DNA of 35,755 bases from Chrysochromulina tobinii (GCA_001275005.1 JWZX01002786.1:1-35755), one strand, 5' to 3'. Positions 1-10,104 are shown, counted from the first letter of the stretch. Notes: a model not told the origin generated them from the sequence alone. A program made the numbers and translations.

Positions 1-1055
1 GACGGCGACGGCGACGGCGGCGGCGACGGCGGTGGCGGCGGCGACGACGGATACGAGCACACTCGCCAGCCGAAGCCAGTGACGCTGCCGTCTGAAGACC
101 ATTGGATCGAGCTCAAGACGAAATTGGAAGTCCCACCTGATCCTGAGAAGGCTGTCACCGTCCCTGACGGGTAGCTAGGTATGGAAAGACGGTCGCAACA
201 AGCCTCCGTACTAAAGGAGGTCGCTTTCAGTGGATCTCCGATGGCGAGTGCAGTTGGCGTGATGGTGCACGCCTGGTTGTCTTGATAACTCGACGGAAAG
301 TTGGGCGAGCGAATGCAGTTCGGGGAGCTAGGATCGACGGTGCAAGGGCCGGAGGAGACGGTAAAGTAGGTCTGTGCGTCGGTGGACCGCGGGACCAAGA
401 GCGCGAGCAAGGCCAATTTGAACCACTTGTTACGGTAGGATCGATTGTGCCTCGCCCAAATCGCAAAGCGCTTGCCCCGGCCGGATCGTTCCTGCTCCGA
501 GCAAACTGCAAAGACGGGCAACCCGAGCCCGAGCAGCACGAGTGCGCCGTCGAAGCACGCCACCCACAGCAAATGCACACCGTCCAAGTCCACCGCTTGC
601 TCGACGGGGACGCCCGTAGTGTCCTCGTTCGCGTTCCTCTGAGCGCGCGGGAGCAAGCACCTTACGTCAGCGTCCCAGAGCTTGCCCTCGATGAAGAGCT
701 CCTCGAGTGCGATCTCAAAGACCTTGCGCAGCCCGTCGTCGGCCATCATCGAGTTACGACCGGCGCGAGTGCATGCAGGACCGCGGCAGATGGCGCACGA
801 GTCGATGGTGGAGCTGCCAGCCGGGTTGCGGTAGAGGTCGGTGCATGGATTCGAGCACATGTTTGGCGGTGGGTTGGGTGCCTGATGCACTGCTGGTGAC
901 CGTGGAGGCGGCGATGGCATGGAATCGTGCGGGCCACAACTGACGCAGTCGGTGACGTAGGCACGCGTTGCGAACTCCGAGCCAGGGCCGCGCCCGCCGT
1001 CGTCGCTGCACACGGCGTGCGGAAAATGGATTCCACGAGGCGACCGTCCACCAGC
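1..1055 (-). CDS. Partial Cys-rich / CUB-like domain protein with Pro-rich (SPPPP) stalk; runs off the window's left end; upstream exon not identified
   Basis: Manually translated minus frame, open from 1055 to the window edge (absent from the ORF track). It reads CSDDGGRGPGSEF...TDCVSCGP, then CIRSPNFPSSYQDNQAC...FSTEACCDRLSI...WSSDGSVTGFGWRVC (CUB-like motifs), then PSSPPPPPSPPPSPSP. An acceptor-like CTAACTTCTCCCTGATTTGGTAG ends at 1056. First in-frame ATG is at 920. Confidence 0.65.
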
Positions 1056-1660
1056 CTACCAAATCAGGGAGAAGTTAGCCAGATTCAACCTCGATAGCCA
1101 CGCCCTGCGTGATTGTGTGGCCGGCGGCGCAGGAAGCTTGAAGTGGATTTTCCGTGCTGGGTTTGTCATTTGGTCTCGAAACAAGCGTGCACTAGGTGAG
1201 ACTGCTCCCATGACCCATGTCCATTGCCCATGACCCCATCAAGGACCCCATGACCACATGCATGTCTTGCCTTGGGCTTATAATTAGCTAGAGGCTCCAG
1301 GCCCTGCCTAGCCAGACTTGTGAAGAAGCCCTGCCAGAAGCGGTCAAGGGTGCTCTGCACAGTTGGAGGAGCTTAGAATATTTAGAAGAGAAATGAAATG
1401 GGGACGTTTGGTACAAGATGTTTAACCAAAGCGGGATATTAATGTACGCGGCTGGCGGCGCTGGCCGTCGCTCGCGTCTCCATTGGGAACGGGAGTATTC
1501 CTCGTGCATTTGGGCGTCATTGGAAGTCTCAAGTCGCGGTTTCACGACGTACTCGAGATTCACGAAATCGCGTCGCGGCGTCCAAGACTTTCCGGATCGA
1601 GACGAAGGCCGCAGAAAGCGCCCGCGGGTGTCCAGCTTGTTCGTGTGCGTTGGCGGGGCG

Positions 1661-3050
1661 ATGGCAGAGCTGCACAGCGGCTATCTCGAAAAGTCGAGCG
1701 TGAACAAGTCCTCGGGCAAGTCGAGTGGCGAAAAGTACGATCGGCGCTTCTTCAAGCTCACCGATGGCATGCTCTCGTGGTACAATTCGAAGTCAGACAA
1801 GGAGCCGGCTGGCTTCCTTGACATCAACGGCGGCTCGGTGGAGCTGGATGGCGTCGTGATGGCGCTGATCACGGATGAGCGCACTATCGTGCTCCGAGCG
1901 AGCACCGCCCACGAGCTCGCCGAGTGGGTCCGCAAGCTCGCGATGGCAGGGTGCGAGGGCGGCGCAGCTGCCAGTATAGGTGACGGCAGCAGCAGCAACC
2001 CGTTTGCGGACGGCGCCTGGGGCGCGAGCGCCGCCGCCCCAAGCGCCGCGCCCTATGGGACGGGCAAGCACGCGCACTCGAAGTACATCAAAGAGCAGCT
2101 TCGAAAGGGCGAGCACAAGAACGATTCCGAGCTGAAGGCGATCGAGAAGCAGGTAGTTAGCACAGAGGATGCCGTCGACGCCGCGCAGATACGCATCTTG
2201 CGCACTGCGGTGCAGACACGCGATGTAGGCGCGAAGACGCTGCAGCAGCTCGAAGAGCAGGGCGTGCAGATGAAGGTGAGGTCGTATCGGGCCTGTGCTG
2301 ATTGCATGCTGATTTTGTCTGCTGATTGCGCCTGATTGCGCCTGATTGCGCCTGAGTGGAGCGGCGGCCGTTTTGCTTCTACGTCGCGTGTGCGCAGCGC
2401 ATCCAAGCGGAGCAAGCGAACCTCGGGACCAACTTGCACAATGCGGACAAGGTCATCTCGAGGATGAGGGGGCCGTTAAGGTAACTTGCATGCTGATTGC
2501 ATGCTGATGATGAGGAGGGGCCCGTTAAGGTACCTTGCATGGCTGTGGCTGGCTCGTCTGATGGCCACTGATGGGCTGCCTGATTGTCTCCCTCATCAGG
2601 TACCTTGCATGCTGTGGCTGGTTCGTCACCTATGCGGACGCTCCCAAGGAGGAGTCGGCGCCCGCGCCGGCGCGCCCCGCGCCGCCCAAGCCTAGCGACG
2701 GCGGCGCACGCGGCAGCAGCAGCCCCGAGGTGCGCCGATGCTCGAGCAGCGACGACCCGATGGACGCGATCTCGTCGTTGATGACAGAGATGCACATGCA
2801 GGCCCTCGCGATGAACACGGAGCTCAAGCACCAGGCGCCCGTACTGGACACGATGGTGGAGACCGCGATGAATCAGCAAGCCAAGGTGGGCCAGACGACG
2901 AAGAAGACTGCGAAGATTGGGGGCAAGAAGGCCAAGAGGGAGATGAACTCAGTCGAGGCCATAGCGAGTCGCGTCGGTGGGGGCAAGCCCCCGATACAGG
3001 CGATCGCAGCGCGTGTAGCCATCGCACAGAGGGCCCGAGGACCCTCATGA
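1661..3050 (+). CDS. PH domain + SNAP-25-like Qb/Qc SNARE protein; exons 1661-2275, 2398-2480, 2600-3050
   Basis: N-terminal PH motifs (SGYLEK, RRFFKL, LSWY, ELAEWVRKL). Qb helix TRDVGAKTLQQLEEQGVQMKRIQAEQ...ADKVISRM, Cys pair YLACCGW, Qc helix MDAISSLMTEMHMQALAMNTELKHQAPVLD. GT-AG introns join the frames in phase. Confidence 0.8.
2481..2599 (+). other. Intron containing an internal copy of the spliced exon2/exon3 junction and TGCATGCTGATTGC filler
   Basis: Internal gaggggcccgttaag|gtaccttgcatggctgtggctgg matches the junction gagggggccgttaag|gtaccttgcatgctgtggctgg. The intron start gtaacttgcatgctg also mimics the exon 3 start. Confidence 0.8.
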
Positions 3051-3357
3051 ATACATCATGTGCATCCACCAGGTTCACGTGAGAGCGTCAGTCTCGGCTG
3101 TTTTAGAGCGGTGCACTCCCTGCACACGACGCGGGGCGTGGGGCAGGAGGGGAGAGCGCGTACGACGTAGTTTGCGTAGTTAAGAGGAAAATACCCGTGG
3201 TCACCACGGTCGCGGCTCGGACGTGTCACGAACTACCGTACCACGACGTAACGAAAAGTTTGAAAAACAGATAAACCGCCTCGCGCGACCTCCAGCTCCA
3301 CGGCCGCGGCGCGGCGAGGAGTAAAGGATTTTTTATATCCGAGAATAAGTGTGTGGT

Positions 3358-5359
3358 TCAGCGCTCGCGAAACCACATGCTCGTGGCCACCTTCTCGTCG
3401 CCGATGCGCATGTCGCCGGGCAGCACCTGCCCGCCATTCGCGGGCGCCGTGACGGGCGCCTTCCACACACCGCGCTCGCTGTCATCGCGCGTGCCGCCCG
3501 CCGGCTCATTCGCGGGCGCCGTGACGGGCGCCTTCCACACACCGCCCGCCGTGCCCACCCGCGAGGCGGCTACAAGCGCCGCCGCCCCGCGCCCACCGCC
3601 GCCGCTGCTGCTCTCGTCGTCGTCGTTGCCGCCGCCGCCGCCGTCCTGGGCGCCGCCCTTGGCGCCGTCCTGGGCAACGCCTCCCTCCTTCCCCTCCGTG
3701 CGCAGGCCCACCATGGTCGATTCGTACTTCTCACCTAATTAGGGAGAGGGGCGCCGTGGTGAGCAGTTGCATGCAAGGCCCACCACGGTCGATTCGAACT
3801 TCTCACCTGGCCAGAAGATTTGGTGATGAGGGAGGCAATCAGCATGCAATCGGCAACTTCTCACCTGGCCAGAAGATTTGGTGATGAGGGAGGCAATCAG
3901 CATGCAATCGGCAACTTCTCACCTGGCCAGAAGATTTGGTGATGAGGGAGGCAATCAGCATGCAATCGGCAACTTCTCACCTGGCCAGAAGATTTGGTGG
4001 CACTTGCCACAGCGATAGAAGACGCTCTGCTGCCGAAGGACGGCCGCGGGCACTTGGCCAGCCTCGACCTGATCGGGTCGTGATGAGAGGCACACTCAGA
4101 GGCACTCAGGGGCACTCAGAGGCACTCAGAGGCACTCAGAGGCAATTAACGACACTAGACCTGATCGGGTCGTGATGAGAGGCACACTCCGAGGCAATCA
4201 GAGGCACTCAGAGGCAATCAGAGGCACTCAGAGGCAATTAACGACACTCGACCTGATCGGGCCGGAGCGTGCACCACTCGTCGCCGTTGCAGATGCCGCA
4301 GCGGGAGCCGCCGGCGTCGACCGCCTCCTGCAACCCAAGCACGGCGAGCAATTCCGCAAACTGCGCGCCCGGCTCAGTGGCGAGTAACCGGTAGACCGCT
4401 CCGGGGAAGGAGGTGGCGGCGCGCTTCGCGACAGTGACGAGCAGCCGGCCGTCGATGGCGGCGCACCGCATGTGTCCTTCAACGGCTTTCGGATCGATGC
4501 CGACTCGAAGCAGCCCGACGAGCCGTCGCGCTCCTCGTATGTCGCCGGGATCGAGCGCCTCGCCGCCCCCAGCAGGCGGTGAGAGCATCATACCCGGCTG
4601 CTGGCTGCGCAGCACTTCGCCCGCGACGGCCGTGTCCACCCCAATCATCCGCAGCTTGCGTGCGAGGACGGATAGAGACGAGTCCACAAGCAGGTGCACG
4701 TGCTCGGGTGGGGAGGCGAGCGCGCGACCGGCGCGAACGACGCCACCGTCGCTGCTGCTGAGGCTGCTCGAGCTGTCGTCCTCGCCCTTGCCTTTGCTCG
4801 AGGTGTCATCCTCGCCCTTGCCCTTGCTCGAGGTGTCGTCCTTGCCCTTGCCCTTGCGGCCATCGCTCTCCGCAGCCTCTGCGCGGGCTGACGCGCTGCC
4901 GAACGAGGGCCGCGCCCCGCCGCCGCCGCCCTCGCCCGCTGCGCCCTCGCCCTCGCCCTCGCCCTCAGCGGCGCGGGAGAGGAAGGCATCGAGGGCATCA
5001 TCGAGGCTCGGGTGCCATACAGCTGGGTCTGGCAAGACCGCAAACGGTGGCAGGGGCGTGGTGCGCATGTCGTACGTGCCGTCGAGAACCAACAACGGCT
5101 CCGCTTCGGCTGCCGTGCCTGCCGCCTCCGCTGCCGCCTCCGCTGCCAGACCCCCTGCCGCCTCCGCGCGCGCGCCGTCCCGAGCACCGTCGAGAGCGCC
5201 GTCCCGAGCACCGTCGAGCGCGCCGTCCCGAGCGCCTTCGAGCGCGCGCGTGGCGGCGCGGGCGAGGGCAGGGAGCGTGTCGCGCGCTCGTCCTCCAATC
5301 CATAACCGATGGGAAGGATCGCATGCAGATCCCCACAGAGGCCGTCCGCCCGCACGCTT

Positions 5360-5394
<35 letters not shown>

Positions 5395-6982
5395 TCTCGC
5401 CGCCGCTCCCACCGCGTAGCAGCTGCGGGTGGCACAACACACGCACGCCCGCCCGCAGCGGCAGCGGCGACACCAGCCCCGGCACGGCCCCGAAGAGCTC
5501 ATGGCACTCCTCGGTGGTAGCGAGCCGCACGCGCTTCCGAGGCACCCCAAGCACGAGCGCGAGCCAACGGCTATCGACGCGCTCGCCTGCTGGGTAGAGC
5601 ACGAGGAGAGGGCCGGCGGGGCCAGCTGTGAAGCAAAGGGCGTTGATCTCGACGGCTGCCTTGACGGATGTACCCCACAGCGTCACCTGATCCCACAGCG
5701 CCACCTCTGCCACGTCGACGCCGAAGGCTCGCGTGACACTCGAGACGACTGCACGTGTCCGTGCGAGCCCTTCCAAACACAGCGCGTCGCCCTCGGTCCG
5801 CGCTTCCAAATAAGGTAGCGTCCGTGCTTCCAAATTAGGGAGCGTCCGTGCTTCCAAATTAGGGAGCGCCCGTGCTTCCAAACGCAGCGCGTCGCCCTCG
5901 GTAGCTGCCGTTTGGCGGAGTGCCGGCGCTGCCTGCGCGTACTCTTCCTCCTCCTTGCCCTCGAACGCTGACGCCACCACCGCCTCCCCCGTCGCCTTCG
6001 CCTCTTCCGCCGCCGTCGCCGTCGCCGCCGCCGCCGCCGGCCCAGTCGAGAGCGTGCTTAGGACGGCGCGCATGCAGCATTCCGGTCGTTCCACATCCGC
6101 CGCTGCGAGCGCCGTGTCAAGCACGAGCAGGCACGCCGCGTCCGCGGCCGCGTACGCGAGCTGCGTCGTCGTGAGCGGTCGCCGCTGCCAATCCGAGCAT
6201 TGGGACGTCTTATCGAGCGACCAGCCAGTCCATTTGAGCACTTGAGAGGCAAGGCTTCCAGAGGCGAGGCTCGCGCACTTCGATGGCATGGCCGCCGCGG
6301 CTGCTGAGGCGTTGCATGCCTCCCGAAGGTCCACTGCACGACGCACCAACAGCGGCGCCGGCGTCTCGGTCGGCGCCGCCTCTGTCGCCGTGGTCGCCGT
6401 GGTCGTCGCCGCCGACGCCGCCGCCGCCGGGGCGCCGCTGTCGAAGAGCATCTGGAGGCGGTCCACGTCGGTCTGGAGGCCGAAGCCGAGGATCCGTGTG
6501 CGATCACTGGCGAGGAGCGCGCGCAGGCCCTCGAGCGCGTGCGACGTCGCCACCACATCTCGCTGCTCGAGGTCGATCAGCCAGACCCAAGGCTCGGAGG
6601 CCGTCGCCGGAGGAGCAGCGGCGGCCAGCTGCACGAGCGATGGACGATGCTTGGGCGAGGACGGCGCATCGGGCCGCCACTCCACGTCGATGGCGACCGT
6701 CGACTGCAAGCCCACCGTGCGACGAACGAACTCGGCGAACTCGATCGCGGAGGCCGCGTCCGCCACGAGCCTCACCGCCGTGGCTGGGACTGAGAACTGT
6801 GACGACAGCGGCCGCTTGCACTCGAGGGTCGCCGCTCCGAGGCCGAGCGTCGAGGCCAAGCGCGCCGCGGCGCGGGCAGCCTGCTGGTCGAGCAGGTGCT
6901 GCACCAGCGAAGACGTCGGTGACGAGGCGACGGCGGCCGTGAGCAGGGCCGATTCCCATGCAGGCAGCGAGCCGGCCCTCAT
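3358..6982 (-). CDS. Mut-7/EXD3-like protein: DEDDy 3'-5' exonuclease + YbaK/ProX-like domain + Mut7-C (PIN-like + Zn ribbon); exons 6982-4253, 4068-3981, 3734-3358
   Basis: Exo motifs AIDVEWRP, SLVQLA, GFGLQTD, LDKTSQCSDWQRRPL..QLAYAAADA. YbaK-like LVLYPAGERVD...VRLATTEECHELFGAVPGLVSPLPL. Mut7-C LLVDSSLSVLARKLRMIGVD, SRCGICNG, and after splicing FYRCGKCHQIFWPGEKYES. ATG at 6982 (ACCATG context) preferred over 7039. Confidence 0.8.
3735..3980 (-). repeat. Intron made of three tandem 58-bp units plus a copy of the downstream exon start
   Basis: Unit GTGAGAAGTTGCCGATTGCATGCTGATTGCCTCCCTCATCACCAAATCTTCTGGCCAG = downstream-exon start + filler + upstream-exon end. Confidence 0.85.
4069..4252 (-). 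repeat. Intron made of two 92-bp units bounded by the direct repeat CCCGATCAG|GTC(G/T)AG
   Basis: Each unit holds 10-bp (TGCCTCTGAG/T) repeats. Removing the intron restores RPDQ|VEAGQVP. Confidence 0.8.
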
Positions 6983-7001
6983 GGTGGAAGAGCCCTTCGC
7001 T

Positions 7002-7047
7002 CGTGTGAACGTTAACACGACACGCGTGAACGTTAACATGACAGACG
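7002..7047 (-). promoter_or_regulatory. Duplicated GTTAACGTTCAC motif just upstream of the Mut-7-like ATG
   Basis: Two tandem copies. The 21-mer TGTCGTGTTAACGTTCACACG recurs exactly at 33453-33473 upstream of another gene. Confidence 0.5.
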
Positions 7048-7359
7048 CGACAACCGTGCTACGGCACTGTGTGAAGGAGGTCCATGGGGTCCTCGAGCTA
7101 GTGCGGAGGGAGACGTTATCCGTATGTACGCCGGTCGCGGACCGGTGTCTTGGTCGAATTCGAACCCGACATTGGCTGTGAACCGAACATGCTGTGAAAT
7201 GGGCTAGAAACCTGTGCGGCAGATTAAGAGAGCGACCGGTGATCTAAGACGTGCGTGCCCACAGACCCGCACGAAGTGATGGGGCACAGGCTGCCAGGCC
7301 AGCTTTCCGCCTGGCTTACAGTACATACGTTTACGTATCGTTCACTCGCGATTCAGTCA

Positions 7360-9552
7360 TCAGATCTTATACCCAGCGCGCTCTATCTGCTTTTTGTTGT
7401 CGGCGTTGCGAGCGAGGCTCCGCAGCGCCCTAGCCGCGTTATCCTTCCCTGCATCCGTCCCCGATTTGACGAGCGCGATGAGGGGCTCGAGGCCGCCCTT
7501 GGTTGCGATGGCGATTTTGTTGCCGGCGTTGGCAGCGAGGTTCTTCAGCGCCCCAGCCGCGTTCTCCTTCCCTGCATCCGTCCCCGATTTGACGAGCGCG
7601 ATGAGGGGCTCGAGGCCGCCCTTGGTTGCGATGGCGATTTGGTTGTCGGCGTTGACAGCGAGGTTCTTCAGCGCCCCAGCCGCCTTCTCCTTCCCTGCAT
7701 CCGTCCCCGACTTGACGAGCGCGATGAGGGGCTCGAGGCCGCCCTTGGTTGCGATGGCGATTTGGTTGTCGGCGTTGACAGCGAGGTTCCACAGCGCCCC
7801 AGCCGCCTTCTCCTTCCCTGCATCCGTCCCCGACTTGACGAGCGCGATGAGGGGCTCGAGGCCGCCCTTGGTTGCGATGGCGATTTGGTTGTCGGCGTTG
7901 ACAGCGAGGTTCGCCAGCGCCCCAGCCGCGTGCTCCTTCCCTGCATCCGTCCCCGACTTGACGAGCGCGATGAGGGGCTCGAGGCCGCCCTTGGTTGCGA
8001 TGGCGATTTGGTTGTCGGCGTTGACAGCGAGGTTCACCAGCGCCCCAGCCGCCCTCTCCTTCCCTGCATCCGTCCCCGATGTGACGAGCGCGATGAGGGG
8101 CTCGAGGCCGCCCTTGGTTGCGATGGCGATTTGGTTGTCGTCGTTGTTAGCGAGGCTCCGCAGCGCCCCAGCCGCGTTCTCCTTCCCTGCATCCGTCCCC
8201 GATTTGACGAGCGCGATGAGGGGCTCGAGGCCGCCCTTGGTTGCGATGGCGATTTGGTTGCCGGCGTTGTTGAAAGCGAGGCTCCACAGCGCCCCAGCCG
8301 CGTGCTCCTTCCCTGCATCCGTCCCCGATTTGACGAGCGCGATGAGGGGCTCGAGGCCGCCCTTGGTTGCGATGGCGATTTTGTTGTCGGCGTTGTCAGC
8401 GAGGATCGCCAGCGCCCCAGCCGCGTTCTCCTTCCCTGCATCCGTCCCCGATGTGACGAGCGCAATGAGGGGCTCGAGGCCGCCCTTGGTTGCAATGGCG
8501 GTTTGGTTGTCGGCGTTGACAGCGAGGCTCCGCAGCGCCCCAGCCGCCCTCTCCTTCCCTGCATCCGTCCCCGACTTGACGAACTTGATGAGCGTCGAGA
8601 TCGATCCCATGTTCACTGCTTCGTCGAGCTCCGCCTTCTCTACCACCGCCTTCTCTGCCGCCGCCTTCTCTGCCGCCGCCTTCTCTGCCGCCGCCTTCTC
8701 TGCCGCCGCTTCGACACTGCGCTGACTGGGTGCGCCAAACATCTGTTGCAGCCAGCCTACCTCCTCCGCCTCCGAAGCAGAAGACGCCAGGTCGAGAATG
8801 CCATCAATGGTCTCCGTCTGCTGGCACTGCACCATGATCAGCCCATGGCCGGCGTCGAAACTGTCCACGATTTCGAAGCACAGGTTGGGCGGATAGAGGA
8901 TTTCGTTTTCGCCAGGGGACACTGAAAAGTCGCGCACGTCTCGCCCAATCTGTTCAGTCATCTTAATGGTCATGAGCGTGCGCGGACCGTCGTCTTGGCC
9001 GACGAAAGTCTGCATCACTCCCTGTGTGGTGGCGGTCGACGTGAAAGCCGACCACGTGAACTCGAAGCCCTTTGTCAGTTCGAGCCCCAGATCGGCCGGG
9101 GTCGTCTTGCATCCACGAAAAACGATGACCTCCGTCGACGGTGGCAGCTCACGAAGCGCGTGGAGCAGCAGCCAAACATAATCACGCCATGGGCGCACGA
9201 CGTGCCGCATCTGATTGCGAAGGGCGAGGTTGAGGACATAGTAGAGCGACGTTTCTCGCGGGAACTCCTCCATCGTATAGAGAACGATCGCGGTGCACTT
9301 GTCGATGGACATGTTTGGATGCTTCGCTTGAGCTCGCTTCGCCTGTCTGCGTGCGATCTTGACCGAGCGGCCCGAAGAGGGATGGAGGTGCGGCAGCGTC
9401 GCGGCAAGGGGCATCAGAGCGTCCTCGAGGGAAGAAAGCGCGAGATTGGCGGGAAAGAGACCCGCGAGCGAAGAACGTGGGGCGCCATCCTCGAGCGCCA
9501 TGTCGAGCAGCCTGCTGCCCAACGACGCATCGTTGGCCGCCATGAGCTCCAT
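7360..9552 (-). CDS. R-S-E (ARTC-type) mono-ADP-ribosyltransferase domain + AAAEK linker + 10 armadillo repeats, 730 aa, intronless CDS
   Basis: ART motifs LYT, SLYYVLNLALR, VFRG (R), FTSTAT (S-T), GENEILYPPN (ExE). C-terminal 41-aa repeats GGLEPLIALVKSGTDAGKExAAGALxxLAxNADNQIAIATK. Confidence 0.88.
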   Translation of the reverse strand: MELMAANDASLGSRLLDMALEDGAPRSSLAGLFPANLALSSLEDALMPLAATLPHLHPSSGRSVKIARRQAKRAQAKHPNMSIDKCTAIVLYTMEEFPRETSLYYVLNLALRNQMRHVVRPWRDYVWLLLHALRELPPSTEVIVFRGCKTTPADLGLELTKGFEFTWSAFTSTATTQGVMQTFVGQDDGPRTLMTIKMTEQIGRDVRDFSVSPGENEILYPPNLCFEIVDSFDAGHGLIMVQCQQTETIDGILDLASSASEAEEVGWLQQMFGAPSQRSVEAAAEKAAAEKAAAEKAAAEKAVVEKAELDEAVNMGSISTLIKFVKSGTDAGKERAAGALRSLAVNADNQTAIATKGGLEPLIALVTSGTDAGKENAAGALAILADNADNKIAIATKGGLEPLIALVKSGTDAGKEHAAGALWSLAFNNAGNQIAIATKGGLEPLIALVKSGTDAGKENAAGALRSLANNDDNQIAIATKGGLEPLIALVTSGTDAGKERAAGALVNLAVNADNQIAIATKGGLEPLIALVKSGTDAGKEHAAGALANLAVNADNQIAIATKGGLEPLIALVKSGTDAGKEKAAGALWNLAVNADNQIAIATKGGLEPLIALVKSGTDAGKEKAAGALKNLAVNADNQIAIATKGGLEPLIALVKSGTDAGKENAAGALKNLAANAGNKIAIATKGGLEPLIALVKSGTDAGKDNAARALRSLARNADNKKQIERAGYKI
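7390..8610 (-). repeat. Ten near-identical 123-bp ARM-coding tandem repeats (one unit of 126 bp)
   Basis: Anchor ttccctgcatccgtcccc at 7445, 7568, 7691, 7814, 7937, 8060, 8183, 8309, 8432, 8555. Confidence 0.95.
8632..8712 (-). repeat. 15-bp tandem repeat encoding a (AAAEK)n helical linker
   Basis: GCGGCGGCAGAGAAG repeats translate as EAAAEKAAAEKAAAEKAAAEKAVVEKA. Confidence 0.85.
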
Positions 9553-10066
9553 GAGTTATCGGGAGCGTGCCGCCTACACGAAAGAAGATCGTTCACCGCA
9601 AGATCGTCCGCCGGGTGGAAAAGAGTGCTCGCCGGACTCGGGAAGCCTGCGATCGGGGGGGGACATGTGGATGGGGCAGACGGCGGAAGAGCACGTGAGA
9701 GCACGTCAGACGCGCCCCGATTGATGATGGGGCGTGGAGAGTGGGGGTAAGGAGCGCACAAGGGAGCACGAGGCGGCCTCACCGTGCCTGCTCCGGCAGT
9801 CGGGCTCTGGATTCGCCCTCAGGCCAGCCAGTCGAAAGGCGCAGGTGCGCCCCGAAGGGGCTCCAGCGCGCCTTCGCGGCGTACGTAGAAGAGAGCGGAG
9901 TTTGGGCAAGTTCAAACCGTTACTCCAAGTTTGGAACGGCTCTAACACCAATTTCATGACGACGACCCGAACGAGGAGGAGGCAGCATTGTCGCGTAGTT
10001 GCTTGTGAAACTGTCCAGGCCCCTGGGCCGCTTGTGTGCCCGTCATGGCGCCTTCACAGGTGCCAT

Positions 10067-10104
10067 CTAACTAACCCTAACCCTAACCCTAACCCTAACC
10101 CTAA
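10067..10104. repeat. Interstitial telomere-type repeat (CCCTAA)5 preceded by CTAACTAA
   Basis: Five perfect CCCTAA copies at 10075-10104. Confidence 0.9.

Noticed and set aside
282..899. 205-aa plus-strand ORF
   Set aside because: In-register antisense of the CUB-like minus-strand frame, with no motifs of its own.
1205..1270. CCCATGA-like short repeats
   Set aside because: Short degenerate low-complexity run with no supportable function.
1418..1660. N-terminal extension of ORF 1418-2335
   Set aside because: Non-ATG start and UTR/promoter-like composition. The PH domain begins right at ATG 1661.
3800..4260. Repeat-spacer pattern resembling a CRISPR array
   Set aside because: The units are identical tandem copies inside spliceosomal introns and match the flanking exons.
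6983..7039. MLTFTRVVLTFTR N-terminus of the 933-aa ORF
   Set aside because: It is the translation of the duplicated upstream DNA motif also seen at 33449. ATG 6982 is the likelier start, though not proven.
7445..8610. CRISPR-like or DGR-like reading of the 123-bp repeats
   Set aside because: No unique spacers, cas genes or reverse transcriptase. Variation is codon-wise within a coding repeat and is not adenine-specific.
7255..8925. 556-aa and 443-aa plus-strand repeat ORFs
   Set aside because: Antisense shadows of the ARM array. One stop-free repeat unit keeps these frames open, and the minus frame has the recognisable ART and ARM motifs.
9553..10000. Upstream coding exon for the ART-ARM gene
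   Set aside because: An in-frame TAA lies two codons before the ATG. A possible GTGAG...TAG intron (~9783-9574) may be in the 5' UTR, but I could not support a coding exon.
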